Of a stretch of 64,000 nucleotides of DNA, positions 44,006 to 54,085 are shown piece after piece. The DNA comes from a virus. Taxonomy: Duplodnaviria > Heunggongvirae > Uroviricota > Caudoviricetes. The notes under the pieces are model-generated. The model made no database searches, was not told the DNA's origin, and saw only the letters and a list, made by a program, of their open reading frames with translations. The stretch's first letter is position 1, and every line of letters starts with the position of its first letter. The translations under genes were made by a program, and so were the position numbers. The stretch lies in IMG/VR virus record IMGVR_UViG_3300006143_000275. The stretch is one strand, 5' to 3'.

Positions 44006-46762
44006 GTGAGCAATATTTCCAAACAACAGTCTTGTCAAAAGTTTATCTATAAGATACATAGCGCACGCTTACGCAAGGCGAGATGGAATTTGACGCTCCC
44101 AATCTCCGAGGCACGGAGAAACGATGAGGTTATTTCCTTGAGCGACAGCCAGATGCTGCGCTTCATAGATAGGCTGAACGGTATCGAAAACGGGGACGAG
44201 GTTGCAAGAAATATCAAAAATGAGATAAAAATGCTCAGAAAACAGCCAAATTCCCTACAAAATCGCAAGAAAATCAAGAGATTATACGAAGAATTGGACG
44301 AAATTCAGTACAAGCCTGACTACATGTGCCTGATTATCGACAAGGAGAAGGACTACTGGAGAGCTTGCAAGGGCTTCAAAATCAACGGTGTTGCGTATGC
44401 CAGACTGCTTGGAACGAACGGCGGTATCAAGAACTCGACAATCGTATTTGTCAGTGAGCGGCTCGCCCCAGAGCTTCGGCGGCTGATTGATAACGGGCGT
44501 GATAAGAGCAAGGAGTTGGTGCCGGCCAAACTGGAAGCATATCAGGCTCTGGTGTGCAGTGGATCTATTCCGGTGTCTATACCGCATGGTATCGCTGTGG
44601 TGGATGACTGTGTAACGCACTTCAAATCCGATGTCGTCAACATCGAAGACGCGGACGGAGAGCCAAAGATGTGGTTCGAGGAGGGCGCAGACGTAGAACT
44701 CGACGAGTCCGACGGATATGGTATCATGCTCCCTTCTCTGGCGAGAAGGTGGTCTGAAGAATTAAAACTCGATTATATGGTGAGCGGGGTGAATACGCGG
44801 CTCTCTTTCGAGAAGGGCATGGTGTTTACCTTTGACTTCCTAGAGTTTGCAGATCAGGTAGCTGGAACGCGCATCATCAAAGATGCGTGGGGTAACGAGG
44901 TAGACCTTTCCAATGTGGAAATGGTGTTGACTACATCAATGGTTAAGCTATGGGACAGCTATGCGAGCTGCGACGACTACATAAGAAACTGTGTTGAGAA
45001 CGGATATACCTTCGGGATTACAAAATCGTGTCCAAGAGTGCTAGAGAATGAGAGAATGACCAACTACCAGTTCCTACAGGTATACGATTTGAACGACGAA
45101 CAGATCGAGGAGCTGATTCAGCCAACCATACAGGAGATTCACGACATCCTTGCACTTGATTGGAGGAAGGCTGTTCTATTCCTGAAGGGCACCGGTATCA
45201 CCGAGGACAACATAGACTTTGTTGACTCTGATTTTGCAAAGGCTATTATGATCGACCAGCGAATGATGGATGATCCATTTATCACCAAAAAGATATACGC
45301 GCTCATTAAGAAGCGTATTGTAGATGCAAAAATTGGTGTTATCAAGGCACGGGGGAATTACTCCATCATATCTGGAGACCCATACGCACTATGCCAAAAC
45401 ATGTTTGGGTTAGAGGTCACAGGTATTTTGCAAGCTGGAGAAATCTACAATCACTATTGGCTGGAGCACGGGGTCAACACAGTATCATGCTTCCGCGCTC
45501 CGATGACCTGCGCCAACAATGTTGTAAAGATGACTGTGAACGGCAGTGACGATGCGAGACACTGGTATCAGTACATGACTGCGTGTACGCTGCTGAACGC
45601 ATGGGACACGACGGCGGCAGCACTGAACGGCGCGGATAAGGACGGGGATCTGATCTTCACCACCGACAACCGTATTTTGGTGGAGTGTCACAATCAACTA
45701 CCGGCGCTCATATGCGCACAGAGGAAAGCAACGAAGTGTGTGCCGTCAGAGGAGGACATTATCCACTCTAATATCGCCAGCTTTGGTGATGATATCGGGA
45801 AGATCACTAATCATATTACATCTATGTTTGATATCATCGCTCAGTACGACAAGGACAGCCAGGAGTACGCGACGTTGGACTATCGTATCAAATGTGGGCA
45901 AAAATTCCAACAGGATTCTATCGACAAGGCGAAAGGCATCATCTCCAAGCCGATGCCGAAGGGCTGGTACGACCGTGTTGCCGCAAAGGGCGATGACGGC
46001 GATGACGAAGCTACAGTGCAGCTCAATTTGCGGGTGGTGGCCGACAAGAAGCCATACTTCATGCGGTACATCTATCCCTCGTTGATGCGCAAGTACAATA
46101 CATATATCTCCAACACGAACAAGAAAGCGCTCAGGGAATTCCGCATGACGATGGACGAGTTAATTGAGCGAGAGAACGCGGGCGAGAGTACAGAAGAGGA
46201 ACGGGAATTTCTCCACTACTACTGCGTCAAGATGCCAGTTGGTGTAAATAACTGCGTTATGAACAGGATTTGCCGCCGGTTTGAGGCGGAGTTCGATGGC
46301 TATATTGCAAGACATACTTCAGAAACTGAGTTCGATTACACAATCATGAAGAGTGGCACGGAGTATTCGCAGACGCAGTACAACACGATTCTAAGGCTAT
46401 ATGAAGCATATAACAGACGGATACAGGATTATATGCAGTATGCCAAGAAGGAGCGGCTGGACGAGGATGAGCACACCAATCTGCGGTTTGTGATGGTTCA
46501 GGATTTCCGCAGAGAGTGCCAGATCGCTTGTTCCAACAAAGATCAGTTGTGCGATATCCTTCTGGATATATGCTACCAGAAAGAAGGATCAAAACAGTTT
46601 GTATGGGATATGGCAGGTGAAGATATCATCGACGCTCTGCTCAGGAATAATGGCGGACGTATCTCGTTTCCTGTTCGTGCTGAGGATGGTGATATTACTT
46701 TCGGAGGAGATCAGTTCACATTCGTAACGAAACAGATTGGAGGGGGAAGACGATGGGGATAG
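44006..46762 (+). CDS. large replication/transcription-module protein; candidate YonO-like single-subunit RNA polymerase
   Basis: 918 aa; NGADKDGDLIF resembles the universal RNAP NADFDGD Mg-binding motif; no DNA polymerase or helicase motifs recognised. Confidence 0.35.
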   Translation: MSNISKQQSCQKFIYKIHSARLRKARWNLTLPISEARRNDEVISLSDSQMLRFIDRLNGIENGDEVARNIKNEIKMLRKQPNSLQNRKKIKRLYEELDEIQYKPDYMCLIIDKEKDYWRACKGFKINGVAYARLLGTNGGIKNSTIVFVSERLAPELRRLIDNGRDKSKELVPAKLEAYQALVCSGSIPVSIPHGIAVVDDCVTHFKSDVVNIEDADGEPKMWFEEGADVELDESDGYGIMLPSLARRWSEELKLDYMVSGVNTRLSFEKGMVFTFDFLEFADQVAGTRIIKDAWGNEVDLSNVEMVLTTSMVKLWDSYASCDDYIRNCVENGYTFGITKSCPRVLENERMTNYQFLQVYDLNDEQIEELIQPTIQEIHDILALDWRKAVLFLKGTGITEDNIDFVDSDFAKAIMIDQRMMDDPFITKKIYALIKKRIVDAKIGVIKARGNYSIISGDPYALCQNMFGLEVTGILQAGEIYNHYWLEHGVNTVSCFRAPMTCANNVVKMTVNGSDDARHWYQYMTACTLLNAWDTTAAALNGADKDGDLIFTTDNRILVECHNQLPALICAQRKATKCVPSEEDIIHSNIASFGDDIGKITNHITSMFDIIAQYDKDSQEYATLDYRIKCGQKFQQDSIDKAKGIISKPMPKGWYDRVAAKGDDGDDEATVQLNLRVVADKKPYFMRYIYPSLMRKYNTYISNTNKKALREFRMTMDELIERENAGESTEEEREFLHYYCVKMPVGVNNCVMNRICRRFEAEFDGYIARHTSETEFDYTIMKSGTEYSQTQYNTILRLYEAYNRRIQDYMQYAKKERLDEDEHTNLRFVMVQDFRRECQIACSNKDQLCDILLDICYQKEGSKQFVWDMAGEDIIDALLRNNGGRISFPVRAEDGDITFGGDQFTFVTKQIGGGRRWG

Positions 46763-47487
46763 TGTTGAATGAGCTTGACTATGTGAGAGATATCCTGGAC
46801 AGAGGCGAGCTTGGCTCGAAACCAACAGAAACACTATCGCGGGTAGCACGATACTATTCGTCTCTCAAGGGAGCCACCAAATCGAGCGTCAGCGCGAGTC
46901 TTGAGGACTTCATGCTCCGGTGTGATCCTACTATCAATCTGGTAAAGTGGCAGGACACCATTGACAGAATTGTTAGAGGTGCGAATAAGTTCCCGCTGAT
47001 TAACATAGAGAGCGTTCCCATTACAGAAGGTGAAATGAAAATCTGTGACTCTCTGGAGGGAGTTCAATGTCGCCGGCTGTTGTTTACGCTGATTTGTTTA
47101 GCAAAATACTCAGATCTTGTTAATGAGAAAAACGGCGGATGGGTGAACAAACAGGACAAAGAGATTTTCAAGTTGGCCAACGTGGTCACGTCTATCAAAA
47201 GACAGTCGCTCATGCTGAATGACTTTCGTTCTGCCGGACTGATCCGTTTTAGCCGGAAGGTGGATAACGTCAATATCAATGTGCAGTGTCTGGATACTGG
47301 TGGGAAGACTGTTTTGAAAATTCGAGATTTTCGCAATCTCGGATATCAATATATGCGTTTCCATGGAGACCCGTACATCGAATGCGAAGAGTGCGGACTT
47401 GTTATTAAGAAGCGCAGCAACGCTCAAAAATACTGCCATGACTGCGCGATTGATGTGAACAGGCAGCGTGCGCGTAATCGAATTTGA
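46753..47487 (+). CDS. hypothetical protein with C-terminal zinc-ribbon
   Basis: 244 aa; CEECG...CHDC. Confidence 0.35.
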   Translation: MGIVLNELDYVRDILDRGELGSKPTETLSRVARYYSSLKGATKSSVSASLEDFMLRCDPTINLVKWQDTIDRIVRGANKFPLINIESVPITEGEMKICDSLEGVQCRRLLFTLICLAKYSDLVNEKNGGWVNKQDKEIFKLANVVTSIKRQSLMLNDFRSAGLIRFSRKVDNVNINVQCLDTGGKTVLKIRDFRNLGYQYMRFHGDPYIECEECGLVIKKRSNAQKYCHDCAIDVNRQRARNRI

Positions 47488-47518
47488 TGTAAAATTTTCT
47501 GATTTAGTTTGAAATAGA

Positions 47519-47559
47519 AGTGGTCTGTAAGGACGCAGTTCACGCTTCTTACAGACCAC
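47519..47559. terminator. 12-bp perfect stem hairpin (terminator-like)
   Basis: GTGGTCTGTAAG...CTTACAGACCAC. Confidence 0.35.
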
Positions 47560-47822
47560 GATGCAATGTGCCTATTTATGTAAGGGAGAATAATGGCCGT
47601 GTTCTGCGTCTGTTCTCCTAAATATAAGGTTGAAAGGATGTTTGTTTGTGATTGCGATTAACGCAAAGGAAAAAGAAATTATTGCGGAACGTCTTCCGGA
47701 GACTCATATCCGAAGGACGGTAAAACAGAAGTCTAAGCGCCATCGGTACTACGCAGAAGAGAGCCGTGGCGTGATGCGTATCTTGAGGTCGCTTCGCAGG
47801 CCCGCATAAAGAGGAGGACTAC

Positions 47823-49016
47823 ATGGACAAGCTTTCGAAAAGGCCAAACGAAACAGATTTGGCGTATCACAAGCGTCTGATCTATGGGAAGTTGGTTGAC
47901 GGGACGCTTGCCGACGAGGACTACTCAGAACTGGCTCCATATGTCTATGGCAGAGAATACAGTACAGATGTTGCACGCAGGATGATGTACGGCAGTAAGC
48001 GGACGCTTGAAATTATGAGCGATAGCATTGAGCGGTCTATTACGTCGGATGACGTCTTGAGTGAACTGGATGAAAAGAAAATCGCTCTCCAAAAGGAGAA
48101 GCAGAAATTCTTTGATCAGAGATCCGCGCTTAGTAAGCTGATCCGAGAACGCGCCCGTCAGGAAGAACTGAATGAACTTCTGGTTGACGCAGTATCTAAC
48201 GGTAATCTCCCGCGCCTTGATTATTCGCCATCCGGTGTTGTTTCGTCAGACAATGATATTTTGGTGAGTCTGAACGATATCCATTATGGTGCGAATGTAG
48301 ATAATTACTGGAACAAGTACAATTCTGATATCTGCCGTGACATGATGCGCCGGTATCTGGATCGTATCATCGAAATCGGAGAATTACATAACAGTGAGAA
48401 TTGTATTGTATGGGAAAATGGCGACGCTATCTCTGGTAATATCCATCACTCCATCGCGGTCACAAACAAAGAGAATGTGATCGAGCAGGTGGTTGGTGTG
48501 TCTGAACTGATTGCCGAATTTCTGGCAGAACTGAGCAAGCACTTTACAACAGTGCAGTTCGTCAGCGCGTCAGGAAATCACTCGCGTATCGACATCAAGG
48601 ATCGGGCGCTGAAGGACGAAAGACTTGATGATCTTGTGGAATGGTATTTGTCTGCGCGATTACAGAATTTTGAAAATGTCATTATCGGCGCGGGGGACAA
48701 AGTTGACTCCACAATGTATTTGATTGATGTCCGTGGGAAGACATACTGTGGTATTCACGGAGATTACGATGGAAGTGCTGCGAAAGTGCAAGCACTTCAA
48801 ACAATGGCTCGCAGACCGCTCTATGCGGTCTTGTCGGGACATTTACACCACTGTCGAATGGATGAAGTCCAGGGAATCAAAACGGTTATGGCCGGCAGCT
48901 TCCTTGGAATGGATGATTTTTGTGTTAGTAAACGAATCTATGGGAGACCGGAGCAGATGATTTGTGTCTGTGACGGGTCTGGCATCAGGTGCTCGTACAA
49001 CATTGATCTTAGCTAA
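47823..49016 (+). CDS. metallophosphoesterase, SbcD/Mre11-like nuclease candidate
   Basis: DIHYG, GDAISG, GNHS, GHLHH phosphoesterase motifs. Confidence 0.5.
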   Translation: MDKLSKRPNETDLAYHKRLIYGKLVDGTLADEDYSELAPYVYGREYSTDVARRMMYGSKRTLEIMSDSIERSITSDDVLSELDEKKIALQKEKQKFFDQRSALSKLIRERARQEELNELLVDAVSNGNLPRLDYSPSGVVSSDNDILVSLNDIHYGANVDNYWNKYNSDICRDMMRRYLDRIIEIGELHNSENCIVWENGDAISGNIHHSIAVTNKENVIEQVVGVSELIAEFLAELSKHFTTVQFVSASGNHSRIDIKDRALKDERLDDLVEWYLSARLQNFENVIIGAGDKVDSTMYLIDVRGKTYCGIHGDYDGSAAKVQALQTMARRPLYAVLSGHLHHCRMDEVQGIKTVMAGSFLGMDDFCVSKRIYGRPEQMICVCDGSGIRCSYNIDLS

Positions 49017-49020
49017 AGCG

Positions 49021-49057
49021 ACCGGGAGGGGTGAACAACCCCTCCCTTTCTTTTTTA
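49021..49057 (+). terminator. rho-independent terminator
   Basis: GGGAGGGGTGAACAACCCCTCCC followed by TTTCTTTTTTAT. Confidence 0.65.
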
Positions 49058-49059
49058 TA

Positions 49060-49133
49060 TCGCGGAGTCGTCTAATGGTAGGACGCCTGGTTCATGCCCA
49101 GGAAATCAGAGTTCGAGTCTCTGCACCGCAACC
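49060..49133 (+). tRNA. tRNA-Met (anticodon CAT) with initiator-like C1-A72 mismatch
   Basis: 5' CGCGGAG / 3' CACCGCAACCA; anticodon loop TTCATGC; T-arm CAGAGTTCGAGTCTCTG. Confidence 0.5.
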
Positions 49134-49179
49134 AAGAATATTCTAACATTTATATAAGCAAAGACGAAAGGGTGAATTT

Positions 49180-49467
49180 ATGGTAACAAAGGACGAGTTC
49201 GTCGAACGTCTGTCAAAGAAGGGATACACAAAGCGGGATGCAGGCGTTGTAATGGACGACTTTATCAAAACATTGGAAGAGGCTCTTGTTAATGGAGAGT
49301 CTGTTATGTTCCATGGGTTCGGGACATTTGAGATTCGTGAGCGTGCTGAGCGCAAGGGTACGAATCCTCAAGGTGAGCCCATCGTGATTCCCTCTTATCA
49401 AACCGCGCACTTCACGCCTGGGAAAAAGCTGAAGCGTGAGATCAAAGAGGGATTTATCCGGGAGTGA
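49180..49467 (+). CDS. HU/IHF-family DNA-binding protein
   Basis: 95 aa with the HU signature GFGTFEIRERAERKGTNPQGEPIVIP. Confidence 0.8.
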   Translation: MVTKDEFVERLSKKGYTKRDAGVVMDDFIKTLEEALVNGESVMFHGFGTFEIRERAERKGTNPQGEPIVIPSYQTAHFTPGKKLKREIKEGFIRE

Positions 49468-49478
49468 GGTGACGCACG

Positions 49479-50555
49479 ATGCCAAAGCAGAGTAAGATTA
49501 CCAGTTCCAGGCCGAATGTAGCCGCTCCTGTCAAAGATAAGCCTGACAGATTTTATTGCACACGCTGTCCCAGGTCTTTTACCAAACAGAAATCGAATTT
49601 TCCTGCGGTGCAAAGTCCAATGTGGCGTGAGAATGGCGGTTATCTCCCTGTTTGCAGGCATTGCGTTGATGAACTGTACGATCACTACAAGGAACATTAT
49701 AGAGATGTGCTCGGAGATGAAAAGGCCGAGAGGGCTGCTCTCAGACGTATTTGTCTGAAGTTCGACATCTACTGGAGTGACGACATTTATAAGATGCTCA
49801 ACAAATCTTCTACAACGAACTCCAGGGTTTTAAGCTATATCAGTAAGTCGAATCTATATCAGTTTGTCGGAAAGACATTTGACGACACACTGGACGAGGA
49901 GGCAGCAGCGGAAGCTGATAAATCGGCGTGGATGCTGCGGCAGCACGACGGCAACGTTGAAGGTGAGGATCAGGAGCAAGACATACAGATTGACCAGGAT
50001 GTTATTGACTTCTGGGGACCTGGGCTTACTCCAACCATGTATATCGAACTTGAGCAGAGAAGGAATTATTGGATGAGCAACCTTCCTGAAGGCGTTGATC
50101 TCGGTATCGGTATCAAAGCTCTGATCCGGCAAATCTGCAACCTTGAGGTTGACATCAACCGCGACCGTGCTGCAGGAAAATCTGTGGACAAGGCAATCGG
50201 TACACTGAACACACTGCTTGGGAGCGCTATGCTGAAACCAAGTCAGAAAGCGGACAATGCAGATGGTTCTATGGAGAAGACGCCATTTGGAGTGTGGATC
50301 AAACGATGGGAAGATAAAAGGCCAATCCCGGAGCCAGATCCAGAGATGCAGGATGTTGACGGCATTGTCAGGTATATAGATATCTGGCTCAGAGGTCATC
50401 TATCAAAGATGCTCGGGAAAAAGAACGCCTATTCTGCGCTTTATGAAAAAGAAATCGCAAAACGGCGGCTGGAGCGACCGGAGTTTGACGACGAAGATGA
50501 TGAGACCTTCTTCTCCGATGTGTTTGGAGAGGAGGATCAGGATGACGAAAGTTGA
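49479..50555 (+). CDS. putative terminase small subunit
   Basis: Immediately upstream of and overlapping terL; N-terminal Zn-finger CTRCPRS...CRHC; acidic C-terminus. Confidence 0.4.
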   Translation: MPKQSKITSSRPNVAAPVKDKPDRFYCTRCPRSFTKQKSNFPAVQSPMWRENGGYLPVCRHCVDELYDHYKEHYRDVLGDEKAERAALRRICLKFDIYWSDDIYKMLNKSSTTNSRVLSYISKSNLYQFVGKTFDDTLDEEAAAEADKSAWMLRQHDGNVEGEDQEQDIQIDQDVIDFWGPGLTPTMYIELEQRRNYWMSNLPEGVDLGIGIKALIRQICNLEVDINRDRAAGKSVDKAIGTLNTLLGSAMLKPSQKADNADGSMEKTPFGVWIKRWEDKRPIPEPDPEMQDVDGIVRYIDIWLRGHLSKMLGKKNAYSALYEKEIAKRRLERPEFDDEDDETFFSDVFGEEDQDDES

Positions 50556-52272
50556 ACGGGTTATGGAAGGCGTAGCTCAATACTGCGCCTACTATCGAGC
50601 GAACCCACACAGGTTCGTCAAAGACTATTTACATATTGACCTGAGACTGTTCCAGAAGATCGTCATTATTATGATGATGCGAAGCACGAACAATGTGTTC
50701 ATTGGCTCGCGTGGTATTGGCAAAACTTATCTGAGTGCTATTTTTTGCTGCGTTAAGGCTATCTTGTGGCCTGGGTCGAAAATAGTCATTGCGTCTGGTA
50801 CGCGAGGTCAGTCTATCAATGTGCTTGAGAAAATCATGCTGGAACTGAAACCAAACTCACCAGAATTGGCCGCAGAAATTGAAGATGCGAAAATCAACGG
50901 AACGGATGCAAAGATCATATTCAAAAATGGCAGCTACATCAAGGTTGTCACTGCTGGTGACTCCGCGAGAGGTAATCGTGCCACCGTTCTGATTTTGGAT
51001 GAGTTCCGTCTGATCTCAAAAGATGTCATTGATACGATCCTCCGCAAATTTCTAACGCAGCGCCGTATGCCGAAGTATGAGGAATTGTCAAAGGCGGAGC
51101 GCAACATTGAGTACGACAAAGATAAGAATATGACGGCGTATCTCAGTTCCGCATATTATACGGATCATTGGAGCTATACGAAATGTGTGGACACCTTTGA
51201 AGAAATGCTCAATGACTCAAAGTCTCAATTTGTATGCAGCCTCCCTTATCAGCTTTCGATTGAAGAAGGGCTGCTGGACGCAAATACGGTTTTGGACGAA
51301 ATGTCTGAGACAGATTTTTCAGAAGTAAAATTCTCAATGGAGTATGAAGCATTGTTCTATGGCTCCAGCGAAGATGCGTTCTTTGATTTTGAGTCGCTGT
51401 CCAAGAATCGACGCATCAAGTATCCGATGTTGCCGGACAATATATCCGGTAAAATATCCTCTAATCAGAATATCCGCATTGTTCCAAAGAAGGTCGGAGA
51501 GAAAAGAATTCTCTCCGTTGATATCGCTCTTATGCGCAGTAAGAAACGAAAGAATGACGCAACGGCAATCTTTATCAATCAGATGCTACCAACAAAAGCT
51601 GGCCGGTATGTGAGTAATATCGTGTATGCGGACAGCAACGAGGGTATGCACACTGCAGACCAGGCTTTACTTATCCGCAAGATGTTTGATGATTACGATT
51701 GTGACTATCTTGTAATCGATGCCAACGGTGTGGGCGCGGGCGTTGCGGATCTGATTATGCGAGACATTCCAGACCCCGTTACTGGTGATATTTATCCAGC
51801 CATATCGTGTTGCAATGATCCAGAGATGGCGGCGCGGTGTACGGTTCCTGACGCCAGAAAAGTGATCTGGTCAATCAAAGCATCCAAGAAGTTCAACTCC
51901 GATATTGCGTATCTTCTGCGCGAAGGATTCAGAAGCGGACGTATTCGCCTTTTGGAGACCGAGGTTGGCGGAGAAACCAGTATGAGCGAATTGCGCGGAT
52001 ATTCATCCCTTAATCCGGTAGAGCGCACGCAGTTATCTCTTCCATATGTCCACACGACGCTACTGATTGATGAATTAACGAAACTGCAGCACGAGGAAAA
52101 GGATGGGTATGTGCGGATATTTGAGCGTTCTGGCAAACGGAAGGACAGATATTCCAGCTTAGCCTATAATTATTGGGTCGCCTGCCAAGTTGAAAACAAG
52201 ATGCGCAAAAGGAGCGCATCTCTGCCTTCAACAGGGCAGACGTTTTTGTTTAGGGCACCAAAAATCAAGTAA
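50542..52272 (+). CDS. terL: terminase large subunit
   Basis: Walker A FIGSRGIGKTYL; Walker B VLILDEF; C-terminal nuclease-like region; start at MTKVERV after GGAGGA. Confidence 0.8.
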   Translation: MTKVERVMEGVAQYCAYYRANPHRFVKDYLHIDLRLFQKIVIIMMMRSTNNVFIGSRGIGKTYLSAIFCCVKAILWPGSKIVIASGTRGQSINVLEKIMLELKPNSPELAAEIEDAKINGTDAKIIFKNGSYIKVVTAGDSARGNRATVLILDEFRLISKDVIDTILRKFLTQRRMPKYEELSKAERNIEYDKDKNMTAYLSSAYYTDHWSYTKCVDTFEEMLNDSKSQFVCSLPYQLSIEEGLLDANTVLDEMSETDFSEVKFSMEYEALFYGSSEDAFFDFESLSKNRRIKYPMLPDNISGKISSNQNIRIVPKKVGEKRILSVDIALMRSKKRKNDATAIFINQMLPTKAGRYVSNIVYADSNEGMHTADQALLIRKMFDDYDCDYLVIDANGVGAGVADLIMRDIPDPVTGDIYPAISCCNDPEMAARCTVPDARKVIWSIKASKKFNSDIAYLLREGFRSGRIRLLETEVGGETSMSELRGYSSLNPVERTQLSLPYVHTTLLIDELTKLQHEEKDGYVRIFERSGKRKDRYSSLAYNYWVACQVENKMRKRSASLPSTGQTFLFRAPKIK

Positions 52273-52286
52273 GGAGGTGAGTAAGT

Positions 52287-53843
52287 TTGGCAAGGAAAAT
52301 TGTAGATGCACAGGAGAGTGTTGATAATCCGCATAAAGAACCACTGACATTTGATGCGAACGGGCTGATTAGAATTCCGCAGAGATTTGCGGCACTTAAT
52401 CGTGTGATTATGCGCGATCTGAACGGCAGCGGAAGAAGCCCTACATTCTATAAGTATACGAAAGATCAGATTGCGACTTATCTGACAAATCCGTATTCTT
52501 ACCAGAAGAATTTGCGTAATGCGGCAATCTATATGTATGCAGCAAGTTCGCATTTCAGACGGTTGATACAGTATTTTGTAGCTTTGTCCGATTTGTCTTA
52601 TATCGTATCTCCGTACAGGATCGACACAAGTACCGCCAAGGCGGCCACGATAGGGAAGCAGTACAGGCGTACGCTCAATATGCTTTCCGCTATGGATATC
52701 AAGAATCAGTTTCCTAAGATATTGACTGTCTGCCTGCGCGAGGATACCTTCTTTGGGACTATGTGGGTCACCAATGACAATGTAACCATTCAGCAACTCC
52801 CGTCTGATTACTGTGAGATTGCAGTAATTGAGGGTAACGTGTTGAACGTGTCATTCGATTTCTCGTATTTTGATTCAAATAGCGAGTTCCTTGAACTGTA
52901 TCCTCCTGAGTTCAATAAAAAGTACAATCTGTACCAAGACGACAGAACTGGGATGAAATGGCAGGAACTTGACTCACCCACTTCGTTTGCCGTGAAGTGC
53001 AACAACGATATTTTGAATTATTCCGTTCCTCCGTTCGCCGGTATTTTCAGAGATATTTACGACCTGGAAGATTACAGGAATTTGAAGATGACAAAAACGG
53101 AACTGGAGAATTACGCCTTACTGGTCATGCGTCTTGGCATCAATAAGGATGGCGAGTGGGAGATGGACTTTGACAAGGCGAGGGAGTTTTACTCTAACCT
53201 CGACGGTGTATTGCCGGAGGAAGTCGGAGCCGTATTGTCCCCAATGGACATCAACAAAATAAGTTTTGAAAAGTCCAATACCGGTGACACAGACACGATT
53301 GCAGATGCGGAACAAAATCTGTTTACCTCTGCTGGCGTATCGACCCTGCTCTTTAACAACGATAAAGCGTCGAGCAATGCGCTTTTGCTGTCTATCAAGG
53401 CAGACCAAGCTCTGACATATGGAATCGTGAAGAGCATCGAGTGTGTGGTCAACCGTTTTATCCAGAGTTACTCCTACGGAAAGAATTTCAAGGTTACATT
53501 CCTCGATGTGAGCCCATACAACCGGCGCGAGATCGGAGAACAATATTTGAAGGGAGCGCAGTATGGGCTCCCCATGCTGTCACATTATTGTGTTTCGCAA
53601 GGACTTTCACAGGCCGACATGGATTGCATGGACTTTTTGGAAAATGACGTGCTTGACCTTAAGAGCCGGTTTAAGCCGCTGCAGAGTTCTTCGACTATCA
53701 GTAGTGGACAATCTGAGAATTCTGGCAGCGGTTCTGACGGAACTGGCGACGCTGGGAGGCCAAAGAAGGAAATTGGTGACCTGACGGATTCCGGAGAGTC
53801 GTCACAAGAGCATGATGATGGCGACGACAGCATGAATGGGTAA
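52287..53843 (+). CDS. portal protein (candidate)
   Basis: 518 aa directly downstream of terL; acidic C-terminus. Confidence 0.5.
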   Translation: MARKIVDAQESVDNPHKEPLTFDANGLIRIPQRFAALNRVIMRDLNGSGRSPTFYKYTKDQIATYLTNPYSYQKNLRNAAIYMYAASSHFRRLIQYFVALSDLSYIVSPYRIDTSTAKAATIGKQYRRTLNMLSAMDIKNQFPKILTVCLREDTFFGTMWVTNDNVTIQQLPSDYCEIAVIEGNVLNVSFDFSYFDSNSEFLELYPPEFNKKYNLYQDDRTGMKWQELDSPTSFAVKCNNDILNYSVPPFAGIFRDIYDLEDYRNLKMTKTELENYALLVMRLGINKDGEWEMDFDKAREFYSNLDGVLPEEVGAVLSPMDINKISFEKSNTGDTDTIADAEQNLFTSAGVSTLLFNNDKASSNALLLSIKADQALTYGIVKSIECVVNRFIQSYSYGKNFKVTFLDVSPYNRREIGEQYLKGAQYGLPMLSHYCVSQGLSQADMDCMDFLENDVLDLKSRFKPLQSSSTISSGQSENSGSGSDGTGDAGRPKKEIGDLTDSGESSQEHDDGDDSMNG

Positions 53844-53855
53844 GGGGGTTCTGGT

Positions 53856-54047
53856 ATGCGCTTTGTCTATGTGAAGAGCGAGCAGGATAGAGACCTGATG
53901 CTTGCGCTTGGATATGCCCTGATGAAGGAAGACAAACGGAACCATATATGGATATTTCAAAACAAAAACGACATTGCATTTGACAGTGATGGAAAGCTGG
54001 ATAATGTCGGTGTGAAATTTGTTTTGTCCAATACGCTTACATTTTAA
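53856..54047 (+). CDS. small hypothetical protein
   Basis: 63 aa. Confidence 0.2.
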   Translation: MRFVYVKSEQDRDLMLALGYALMKEDKRNHIWIFQNKNDIAFDSDGKLDNVGVKFVLSNTLTF

Positions 54048-54085
54048 GCGGATGTGATATGGGTGCGTTGGAGGTGACATTGTAA

